Positions 18,039-25,722 of a stretch of DNA of 64,000 nt are shown here, piece by piece. The stretch is from Candidatus Latescibacterota bacterium. Its GTDB lineage: Bacteria > Latescibacterota > UBA2968 > GCA-2709665. A program made the translations under genes and the position numbers. The stretch spans positions 4,256,001 through 4,320,000 of the forward strand of contig OZ244744.1 in the NCBI GenBank assembly GCA_965219455.1, read 5' to 3'. Below the pieces are notes generated by a model that had not been told where the DNA came from, searched no databases, and saw nothing but the letters and a program-made list of their open reading frames with translations. Each line of letters starts with the position of its first letter. Positions within the stretch are counted from its first letter, which is position 1.

Positions 18039-18839
18039 ATGCACTTTTGGTTTTCGTTTGTCGTCAGTTTGACTTCAGGATTATACACCTCTTTGTGGGG
18101 TGCTTTCAAGGACTCTCCCTTTGAGGGCCTGAAGCGGCGCACCTTTCCCCGTAGCGTTTACTTTCATGCCGTTATTTTTTGTGCGCTTTATTGGTTGCCT
18201 TTCTTTTATGGAAGTTTTCGTCAATTGAGCCTGTTCCAGGTTTTCTTTGCTATTATGGGCCTCGAACGGTTCCTCGCGGAGTTGTACAAGGGGTTCTTCA
18301 GATCGGAGGATCAGTCGAAATACGCCGTGCCGTCCAGAATTACGTTTTTCGGTCGGCCGGTTACCAGCGAACCGTTGCGACTCTTCTTCGGTGTCGTTCT
18401 GGTGTCGGGGGTCTTTTCCCTGCTGTTTTTTTCAGTCCGAATTGAGGATTTCCCGGGATTCGCCGCGGTCGCCTTTTCGACGGGATTGCTGGTTTCTCTC
18501 GGAGGGGCATACAAGGACGCCCCCTTTGAAGGGTTCGCTCCCCTGAAGTTTTTCCGGTCCGCAACGGTGCTGGCCATTTGTTCTCCACTGTTTTTCTTTT
18601 CAAACAATCCGCTTTCACCTGTGCCGCTCGGTTATCTGATTTTCATGAACGGTGGATTGGAGCGGTTTCTGGTCGAGTATTACAAGACCTACGTGCAGCG
18701 CACCATGTCCGGCAAGTTCAGACCGGACCTGCCGCGAATACCCCGATATATCGAGACACGCGAAAAATACCACTATATGGCGTGGATCATAATCGTTGGT
18801 CTGACAATTCTGTACGTCTATGAACTCACGGCCCTATGA
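18039..18839 (+). CDS. Hypothetical membrane protein with internal tandem duplication
   Basis: Repeats GAFKDSPFEG..FPRS / GAYKDAPFEG..FFRS and GLERFLAELYK / GLERFLVEYYK; multiple TM segments. Confidence 0.8.
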   Translation: MHFWFSFVVSLTSGLYTSLWGAFKDSPFEGLKRRTFPRSVYFHAVIFCALYWLPFFYGSFRQLSLFQVFFAIMGLERFLAELYKGFFRSEDQSKYAVPSRITFFGRPVTSEPLRLFFGVVLVSGVFSLLFFSVRIEDFPGFAAVAFSTGLLVSLGGAYKDAPFEGFAPLKFFRSATVLAICSPLFFFSNNPLSPVPLGYLIFMNGGLERFLVEYYKTYVQRTMSGKFRPDLPRIPRYIETREKYHYMAWIIIVGLTILYVYELTAL

Positions 18840-20319
18840 AGCCATTGTAATCGGGTCCGGTCTTGGAGGCGGCGCTGCGGCGTATGCGCTCAGCCGGGCG
18901 GGTTTCCGGACGCTTCTGCTCGAACGAGGCGGGTGGGTGAAGCGGGATGCGCTGGACTGGAGCCCGCGCGGGATCCTTATTGATCAACGGTACAGAAGCC
19001 GTTCGCCGATGGTGGTAGAGGGTGACGGGGCCCCTCAATCCGTTTATCCGAACGAAGCGGTCGGTGGAATGTCGGTTTTTTACGGAGGGGCGTCGCTGCG
19101 CTTGCGCGAGAAGGATTTCTGGAATTGGCCGATTGATTACGCGGCAATGGAGCCGTACTATACGCAGGCGGAGCATCTGCTGGAGGTGCATGGTCAGGCG
19201 GGCAAGGATATGAACGAGCCGCCGAGGTCCGCGGCCTATCGGTTCGGAGGCATAGAACTCACCCCTCCGGCAAAGCGGATATACGAAGCCGCGAGGGCAC
19301 TCGGGCACCGTCCCTTTAAGATACCGCTGGCGCTGAATTTCACGAACAGAGATCGGCCAACGTGCATTCGATGTACGACCTGCGATGGATTTCCATGCCG
19401 AATCGAAGCCAAAAACGATGTGGCCATGACCCTTCTGGCAAAAGCCCAGGCATTCGACCTGGATATCATGCCCGGGATGATCGTACAGCAACTGGAAACA
19501 GGGAGCGGGAGGGTCATGCGGGTCAGATGCCTGGATGGGACTTCAAAACGGGCGGTGGATTTCAGTGCAAAGATTGTGATTCTCAGTGCCGGGGCTCTGC
19601 AGAGCCCGGCTATCCTGTTGCGTTCCGGGTTGGAGCGACTCGAAAATCAGCGGCTGGTCGGTAGATTTTTGATGCGGCATTGCAATGCAGTGGTCACCGG
19701 TCTCTTTCCGTTCCGGACCAACCCGGACCGTGTATTTCACAAGCAGTTGTGTTTTACGGATTTCTACGAAGACCTGAGGGATCGATTGGGCACGTCAGTG
19801 GGAACGATTCAGGATATATACACTCCCGCTCCGGAGGTGCTGAAGCACTACGCACCCTTCGGATACGGGAATATGTCCGCGTTTGTGGCCAGCTGCGTTC
19901 AAAATTTGCTCTGCATCGCGGAAGACGATCCCCAATTTGAAAATCGGGTGCGTCTGACAACACGTCGGGACGATTACGGAATCGCGGTCACCGGAGTCGT
20001 CCATCGATATTCGGATGAAGACCGCGTCCGCAGAAAATATCTGACAGAAAGGGCCAAACGCATTTTGAAGCAGGCGGGTGGCATCTACCGCCGCGTTTAC
20101 AAACTGGATACGTTCTCCCACGCGGTCGGGTCGCTGCGTTTCGGTAACCACGCCCGGGACAGCGTTCTGGACGAATTCTGCCGGTTTCGCGGCATAGACA
20201 ATCTGTTCGTCCTCGACGGCAGTTTTATGCCCACGTCGGGAGGGGTGAATCCGAGCCTTACGATTGCAGCCAACGCGTTGCGGGTCGCGGATATCATCCG
20301 CACGGAATACGGAAAATGA
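18820..20319 (+). CDS. GMC family oxidoreductase
   Basis: GSGLGG FAD motif, VGGMSVFYGG, CxxCxxCDGFPC, SHAVGSLRFG, NLFVLDGSFMPTSGGVNPSLTI. Confidence 0.93.
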   Translation: MNSRPYEAIVIGSGLGGGAAAYALSRAGFRTLLLERGGWVKRDALDWSPRGILIDQRYRSRSPMVVEGDGAPQSVYPNEAVGGMSVFYGGASLRLREKDFWNWPIDYAAMEPYYTQAEHLLEVHGQAGKDMNEPPRSAAYRFGGIELTPPAKRIYEAARALGHRPFKIPLALNFTNRDRPTCIRCTTCDGFPCRIEAKNDVAMTLLAKAQAFDLDIMPGMIVQQLETGSGRVMRVRCLDGTSKRAVDFSAKIVILSAGALQSPAILLRSGLERLENQRLVGRFLMRHCNAVVTGLFPFRTNPDRVFHKQLCFTDFYEDLRDRLGTSVGTIQDIYTPAPEVLKHYAPFGYGNMSAFVASCVQNLLCIAEDDPQFENRVRLTTRRDDYGIAVTGVVHRYSDEDRVRRKYLTERAKRILKQAGGIYRRVYKLDTFSHAVGSLRFGNHARDSVLDEFCRFRGIDNLFVLDGSFMPTSGGVNPSLTIAANALRVADIIRTEYGK

Positions 20320-21251
20320 AAAAAATCTGTCTGGTCGGCTGCGGGAACATCGCTCGGCTGCACGCGAGTAATCTTTCGGGCGCCGCCGAGCTTTTTTTCT
20401 GCAGTCGATCCGAAGAAAGCGCCCGGCGTTTCAATATTAAATTTCGCGGCAGCGGCATCTTCAGCCGTCTGGATGATGCGCTGGCATCACCCGACGTGGA
20501 CGCGGTGGTGATCGCATCCCCGCCGGCGTTCCATAAGGATCAGGTGATCCGTGCAATGTCGGCGAGGAAGGCCGTGATGGTCGAAAAGCCGATGTGCGTT
20601 TCTCCGGAGGAGGTGGATGAGATCGGTGCAGCGCTGGCCAGGCATCCGGAAGCGCTGTTGATGGTGGCCGAAAACTACTGTTATAAACCATTGCTCAAGA
20701 AAATCAAGGCATTGACCGGGAGGTGCCGGATCGGAAACATCAGGTCGATACGGGTGAAGAAGATGTTCACACAGTCGACATTCGGTTGGAAATGCCAGTA
20801 CGGTGCATTGCTCGAAGGCGGCATCCACTTCGTCGCGTTGATTTCCGCGCTGCTCGAGTGTTCGCCGGCAAGCGTCATTGGGCGGTTTCCCGGACGCCGC
20901 GAGGGACAACCGGAGCGTTCATCGGTTACCGAGCTGACCTATCCCGACGACGTGACTGCCGAGTTGAGGTATTCGTGGAACACGAGCAGCCGCACAATGG
21001 GTACCTTTCAGCATTCCCGCATCTATGGCACGCACGGCCAGATCATATTCGAAAGCAATGGCCTCTATGTACTCCAGACCGGTGATTGTGGTGCCCGGCT
21101 GTACTTTCCCGGAATATCGGATCTGATGGGGTATCGGGAGATGACCCGCGATTTCTTGTGTTGTCTGGACGATCGAAGCCGGAAGCCGTATTCGGACTTT
21201 CTGAGAGCCAAACAGGATCTGAGAATCGTTTTTGATGCCTATCGCTGGTAA
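20316..21251 (+). CDS. Gfo/Idh/MocA family oxidoreductase
   Basis: VGCGNIA, VEKP, VAENY, GALLEGGIH; ATGA overlap with the GMC gene. Confidence 0.9.
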   Translation: MKKICLVGCGNIARLHASNLSGAAELFFCSRSEESARRFNIKFRGSGIFSRLDDALASPDVDAVVIASPPAFHKDQVIRAMSARKAVMVEKPMCVSPEEVDEIGAALARHPEALLMVAENYCYKPLLKKIKALTGRCRIGNIRSIRVKKMFTQSTFGWKCQYGALLEGGIHFVALISALLECSPASVIGRFPGRREGQPERSSVTELTYPDDVTAELRYSWNTSSRTMGTFQHSRIYGTHGQIIFESNGLYVLQTGDCGARLYFPGISDLMGYREMTRDFLCCLDDRSRKPYSDFLRAKQDLRIVFDAYRW

Positions 21252-21318
21252 CGACGGCGCGCTGGTGAGTCCAGTGTGTATACCCGACGGTCAGTCCCGG
21301 GTTCGGATACAAAAACAG

Positions 21319-21347
21319 TTGACCGCATTTATGCTTGTCGCTATATT
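21319..21347 (+). promoter_or_regulatory. sigma70-like promoter
   Basis: TTGACC-17 nt-TATATT. Confidence 0.6.
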
Positions 21348-21353
21348 GTCGTG

Positions 21354-21490
21354 CATATTCTTCCCCAACCTCCTCCTTCCTTCGTAACACTCCTTCACAC
21401 CGATTTATCCTGAACGAATACTTTCGAGTATACGGCCCCTCCTCGCAACGGGTACGATTGCCGTTAACGGATTGCGTGCACAGGGGGTCG
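21354..21490 (+). ncRNA. Candidate sRNA or structured leader
   Basis: Downstream of the promoter: C/U-rich tract with CCTCC/CTCCTT, hairpin ATACT-TTCG-AGTAT (21418-21431), long hairpin GGCCCCT...AGGGGGTC (21434-21489). Confidence 0.3.
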
Positions 21491-21558
21491 TCACGTCGCT
21501 CAGGTGAACGGCCCGATGATAAAGTGACATCGACGCTCCGGGGAAGAGCGCGAGGGTT

Positions 21559-22608
21559 TTGCCGGTGAACGATCGCCTGAAGACTTATCTCCAGTCCTTT
21601 GTACCCCTTATCGACGCAGAACTGTTCAGGTTTCTGCCTCAGGCCGAGCCACTCGGCTATTTGTACGAACCGATGCGGGATTACCCGATTCGGGGCGGAA
21701 AGCGGTTTCGGTCGGTACTGGTGCTGCTGGCATGCGAGGGGTTGGGAGGTACTGTGGAGAAGGCGTTGCGGACGGCGGCGGCGTTTGAGATGTTCCAGTC
21801 TTTTGCACTGGTTCACGACGATATTGAAGACGGTTCGGAAATGCGCAGGGGAAAACCCTGTCTGCACCACCTCCACGGTGTGCCGTTGAGCGTCAATGCG
21901 GGTGACGCGCTACATTCGAAGGTGTTCGAGATTCTCGCTTCCAACAGGGAGATTCTCGGCGACGCCGTGGCGCTTGATCTGATTCAGGAAATGCTTTACG
22001 GAGCTCAGCGTACATTTGAAGGACAGGCTTACGATATTGGCTGGATCGAGTCGGGCGATGTTCCCGAAGTTGATGTTTTCCTGGAAATGCTACGCCTGAA
22101 AACGGGTTGGTACAGCGGCAGGGGGCCGTGTACCGCCGGCGCGATCGTCGCCGGCGCATCCCCGGATTGTCAACGGGCCGTGGGCGCGTTCGGCGAGCGA
22201 ATGGCGGTGGCGTTTCAAATCAAGGACGATCTGCTGAATCTGACGGTGCGGGCCGAGGATGCACTCCAGGCCCCGACGACGACCTCCGGGGGCTACGGCA
22301 AGGAACGCGGCGGAGACATTGCGGAGGGTAAGCGGACCCTGATGGTGATCGATCTCTTCCACAGATGTTCGCCGGATGAACAGGCGTGGGTGCGGGACAT
22401 TCTGAATCGAGATCGTTCCGAAACAAGGACGGATGAGGTCGAGCGGACGATCTCACTGATGGAACACTACGGTTCGATCGAACGGGCCGAAAACGCGTGC
22501 CGGGAATGGGCGGCAGCCGCGGAAGCGCATCTGAACGAGATTCCTCCGTCCGAGGCCCGGGAGACGATGCGCGAGATGTGCGGTTTTCTGGTCGACAGGG
22601 TGTTTTGA
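21559..22608 (+). CDS. Polyprenyl diphosphate synthase (archaeal/type I GGPP synthase-like)
   Basis: GGKRFR, FALVHDDIEDGSEMRRG, NAGD, GQAYD, KT, FQIKDDLLN, GKERGGDIAEGKRTL; start may be GTG 21565. Confidence 0.92.
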   Translation: MPVNDRLKTYLQSFVPLIDAELFRFLPQAEPLGYLYEPMRDYPIRGGKRFRSVLVLLACEGLGGTVEKALRTAAAFEMFQSFALVHDDIEDGSEMRRGKPCLHHLHGVPLSVNAGDALHSKVFEILASNREILGDAVALDLIQEMLYGAQRTFEGQAYDIGWIESGDVPEVDVFLEMLRLKTGWYSGRGPCTAGAIVAGASPDCQRAVGAFGERMAVAFQIKDDLLNLTVRAEDALQAPTTTSGGYGKERGGDIAEGKRTLMVIDLFHRCSPDEQAWVRDILNRDRSETRTDEVERTISLMEHYGSIERAENACREWAAAAEAHLNEIPPSEARETMREMCGFLVDRVF

Positions 22609-22623
22609 GTCACCTGAGACTCG

Positions 22624-22650
22624 AGCTTGTCTCACGGACAAGCTGTTTCA
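22624..22650 (+). terminator. Hairpin after polyprenyl synthase
   Basis: AGCTTGTC-TCACG-GACAAGCT followed by GTTTC. Confidence 0.45.
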
Positions 22651-22671
22651 AATTGCCACTTGAAGTTTCTC

Positions 22672-22805
22672 CTGGTGTTCTGTTCCGGAAACAGATTGCC
22701 GAAATTCGGCCGACAAGACGGGATGAAACGGCACCTGCCTGTGCGTGCAGCCTCACGTAGGCAGACAGGGAAGCATGGTGACCCATTTCGGGGACACGAC
22801 ACTTT
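22672..22805 (-). mobile_element. MITE-like element, copy 3 (inverted, internally deleted, nested insert)
   Basis: Reverse complement matches both ends of copies 1/2 (GTGTTCTGTTCCGGAAACAGATTGCCGAAATTCGGCCG; GACGGGATGAAACGGC; GAAGCATGGTGACCCATTTCGGGGACACGACAC); central part missing. Confidence 0.75.
22733..22769. repeat. REP-like palindromic insert inside MITE copy 3
   Basis: ACCTGCCTGTGCGTGCAGCCTCACGTAGGCAGACAGG is absent from copies 1/2; imperfect palindrome. Confidence 0.55.
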
Positions 22806-22856
22806 ACCGGAGAAAATCAAGTATCCCTCAATAACCACATTACAGGAGGGCGCACG

Positions 22857-23525
22857 ATGAAGTTCTTTATTGACACTGCCGATCTGGATGAAATCCGTGA
22901 GGCCAACGAAATGGGGGTTCTGGATGGTGTGACAACCAATCCGACGCATATTTCAAAGGAAGAAGGCACGTTTGAGCAAATAATATTGGAAATTTGCGAA
23001 TTGGTTGACGGTCCTGTCAGCGCGGAGGTCGTGAGTACCGAGTGGCGATTAATGCTCCAGGAAGCACGCCATCTGGCAAGCATTCACGATAACGTAGTCG
23101 TCAAGGTTCCCATAACTTTGGACGGGCTGAAGGCAATCAAGGCCTGTAGCGATGAACAGATCAGAACGAATGTGACGCTGTGTTTTTCCGCCAACCAGGC
23201 GCTGCTGGCTGCGAAGGCCGGAGCGGCCTATATCAGTCCATTTCTGGGGCGTCTGGACGATATTGGGCAGGTTGGGATGGATCTGATCAAGACCATACGG
23301 CAGATTTACGACAATTATGGTTTCCGGACCAAGGTTCTGGCAGCCAGTCTGCGACACCCCCTCCATGTCATCGACGCGGCTCGGGCCGGAGCGGATGTGT
23401 CCACGTTGCCGCCGGACGTATTGAAGAAGCTCTTGGCGCATCCACTGACGGATGACGGCCTGGAGCGTTTTCTGACCGATTGGAACACGTGGAAGGAAAA
23501 TCAACGAGAGACGGTTATCGCATAA
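22857..23525 (+). CDS. tal: Transaldolase, small FSA/TalC type
   Basis: [68 protein letters not shown]. Confidence 0.93.
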   Translation: MKFFIDTADLDEIREANEMGVLDGVTTNPTHISKEEGTFEQIILEICELVDGPVSAEVVSTEWRLMLQEARHLASIHDNVVVKVPITLDGLKAIKACSDEQIRTNVTLCFSANQALLAAKAGAAYISPFLGRLDDIGQVGMDLIKTIRQIYDNYGFRTKVLAASLRHPLHVIDAARAGADVSTLPPDVLKKLLAHPLTDDGLERFLTDWNTWKENQRETVIA

Positions 23526-23562
23526 GGCGTCTGCATTTTGCCAACGGAGCAGCCCACACATG

Positions 23563-23600
23563 AAAAAGGGCCTGTGTATCAAAACACACGAGCCCTTTCC
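23563..23600. terminator. Bidirectional terminator between tal and tRNA
   Basis: AAAAAGGGC-CTGTG...CACAC-GAGCCCTTT stem-loop. Confidence 0.6.
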
Positions 23601-23606
23601 TGTAAA

Positions 23607-23682
<76 letters not shown>

Positions 23683-23729
23683 TAAGGCAATGAAAAACAG
23701 ATCATTATCGTCCATAACACGGCGCGTAT

Positions 23730-23758
23730 AAAATACATAAGCGATGGTTGCGTGTCAA
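23730..23758 (-). promoter_or_regulatory. Promoter of tRNA-Thr
   Basis: Minus strand TTGACA-17 nt-TATTTT. Confidence 0.6.
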
Positions 23759-23768
23759 GGGTAATTCT

Positions 23769-25043
23769 ATGGAACCCACCGAAACGGGTACAACGGGATC
23801 GACGGAACAGAATATACCAGGAAACCTGGTAATGGGCGCCGCGAAGGTTGACGTAACGCCGCCAATAGGTATGTCAATGGCCGGATATTCAGGTCGCAAG
23901 AGCTCGGCCATAGGAACGCATTTGCCGCTGTGGGCAAGGGCTTTTGTGTGCGAACAGGGTTCGGTGCGGGTTGCGCTTGTCGTGGTGGACGTGGTCGGAT
24001 TCAGCGGGAAGACCACGGAGCGGATACGGACGTCGATTCAGGAGCGGACGGGAATTGCGATCGACCGCATCCTCGTTGCAACGACGCACACCCACTCCGG
24101 ACCGGTAACCACCCGGTTCCGTGACAACGCACCCGATCCCTCGTATATGGCGGACCTGGAGGAACGGATTGTCGAGGCGGTGGTCAGGGCTTCCGATGAT
24201 CTGCAGCCGGTAACGATCGGGTTCGCACAGATGCAGGAACCCGAATTTCACCACAACCGGCGCAAGGACGATCGACCCATAGATTCTACGCTCGGGCTGG
24301 TGCGCTTTTTAGGGGCGGACGGACGGGTCGTGGGCGCCTGGGTGAACTACGGCTGCCATCCGACGATCCTGACGGGGACGAATCTCCATTGGTCCCCGGA
24401 CTTTCCCGGAGTGGTCTGCGACAGACTGGAAGACGCCTGGGGCGGTTCGGCCGCGTTTTTCAACGGTTGCCTGGGTGATGTAGGGCCGTACCGGCCGGAA
24501 CAGAACTTCGCTGAAGTGAAAAAGATCGGCAGCGGACTGGCGGGTTCGGTGCTGAATATGGCCAGGGACATCACGCAAAAGGGCAATCGTGGACTCGACG
24601 CGCAACGGCTTTATTGCACGTGCCCGCTGGATGCCATACCGACCGTGACCAACTTAAACGAACAGACGGCGCGCTCCAGGCCTGATTCGTACCAGGCGGG
24701 CTGGGCACGAGATCAACTGGCGATGCGAGCGGCGGGTGAGGCGGTTCCCACCTCGGTGCGACTGGAGGTGCAAGGGCTTCGCATCGGGGATGTGTTCCTG
24801 GCGTGTTTTCCAGGACAGCTTTTCGGTTCGTGGGGGCTTGAGTTAAGGCGTCGATGGCCGGACGACCGACTGTTCATCGTCAATCAGGCGAACGCGCATG
24901 CCGGCTATTTCCCTTCGAAAGAGGCATGGGACGGAGGAGGTTACGAGGTCCGGTCGGCGTTCATGTTTAATTCCGATTTGCCAGCGCCGATGACGTCGGA
25001 GGCCGGGCGGCGATTGATCGATACCGCGCTTACCTTGGCGTAG
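23769..25043 (+). CDS. Neutral/alkaline ceramidase-like metallo-amidohydrolase
   Basis: VDVTPP, MAGY, THTHSGP, NYGCHP, DFPG, GYFP...GGYEV; start uncertain. Confidence 0.82.
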   Translation: MEPTETGTTGSTEQNIPGNLVMGAAKVDVTPPIGMSMAGYSGRKSSAIGTHLPLWARAFVCEQGSVRVALVVVDVVGFSGKTTERIRTSIQERTGIAIDRILVATTHTHSGPVTTRFRDNAPDPSYMADLEERIVEAVVRASDDLQPVTIGFAQMQEPEFHHNRRKDDRPIDSTLGLVRFLGADGRVVGAWVNYGCHPTILTGTNLHWSPDFPGVVCDRLEDAWGGSAAFFNGCLGDVGPYRPEQNFAEVKKIGSGLAGSVLNMARDITQKGNRGLDAQRLYCTCPLDAIPTVTNLNEQTARSRPDSYQAGWARDQLAMRAAGEAVPTSVRLEVQGLRIGDVFLACFPGQLFGSWGLELRRRWPDDRLFIVNQANAHAGYFPSKEAWDGGGYEVRSAFMFNSDLPAPMTSEAGRRLIDTALTLA

Positions 25044-25095
25044 TGCGATTCGGTGGTTGTTCCGGGTGGGTTTCACCAGGAAACCCGTTTCGAAT

Positions 25096-25144
25096 TCGAC
25101 AGCAAAAAGGCTTCGGGAAGAACCCGGAGCCTTTTTGCTGTCGA
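25096..25144. terminator. Bidirectional Rho-independent terminator
   Basis: TCGACAGCAAAAAGGCTTCGGG-AAGAA-CCCGGAGCCTTTTTGCTGTCGA between convergent genes. Confidence 0.85.
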
Positions 25145-25163
25145 GGGAAGTTGCCCCGTTGCG

Positions 25164-25583
25164 TTACTTTGGCTTTGACGGTCGGGATTGGGGCCGGATC
25201 GACTCCTTGAGTTGTCGGACAGGCGGCGTCTTGGGTACACGCAACTTGTAGTCTATGGATGGGTCGGGTTTCGCAATGGGCATGTTGTATGCAAACCCTG
25301 AGCCCGGGCTGACAAGCGGCATGTTGTCCAGCGGCGATCGTCGGACCAACAGGCGCTCAAGTGCGAGCTCGATTATTGCATGTCGTTTCTGTAGGTCCCG
25401 GTTTTGCATTTGTCTCTGTCTCAGTCGTTTCAGCAGTTCCGGAAGGGATAAACCATCCGAACGTTGTAATGGCTGTTTTTTCAGTGAATCGGCCGGCGCC
25501 GGCGGCACTCCTCCTGCCGGATCCGCGAAAAAATGTACAAAGATAACGAAGGAGAGGGCGCGGAAGAAGGGTCCGGGCATCAT
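25164..25583 (-). CDS. Small secreted hypothetical protein
   Basis: SD GGAGG upstream; hydrophobic N-terminus, coiled-coil middle, repeated NMP motif (DNMPLVSP / YNMPIAKPDPSIDY). Confidence 0.6.
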   Translation of the reverse strand: MMPGPFFRALSFVIFVHFFADPAGGVPPAPADSLKKQPLQRSDGLSLPELLKRLRQRQMQNRDLQKRHAIIELALERLLVRRSPLDNMPLVSPGSGFAYNMPIAKPDPSIDYKLRVPKTPPVRQLKESIRPQSRPSKPK

Positions 25584-25722
25584 TGACGCCTCCTGCAGAA
25601 AATGGAGGGTTGATGAGGCAGAACAACTCTGAAACGCTCAGGTTCGTTCGACGTTCCCGATGCAGTGGTTCGAAACGCCCGCAATCTCCAGGCGCATTGG
25701 GACGCGCGGCCTGTTCCGATGG

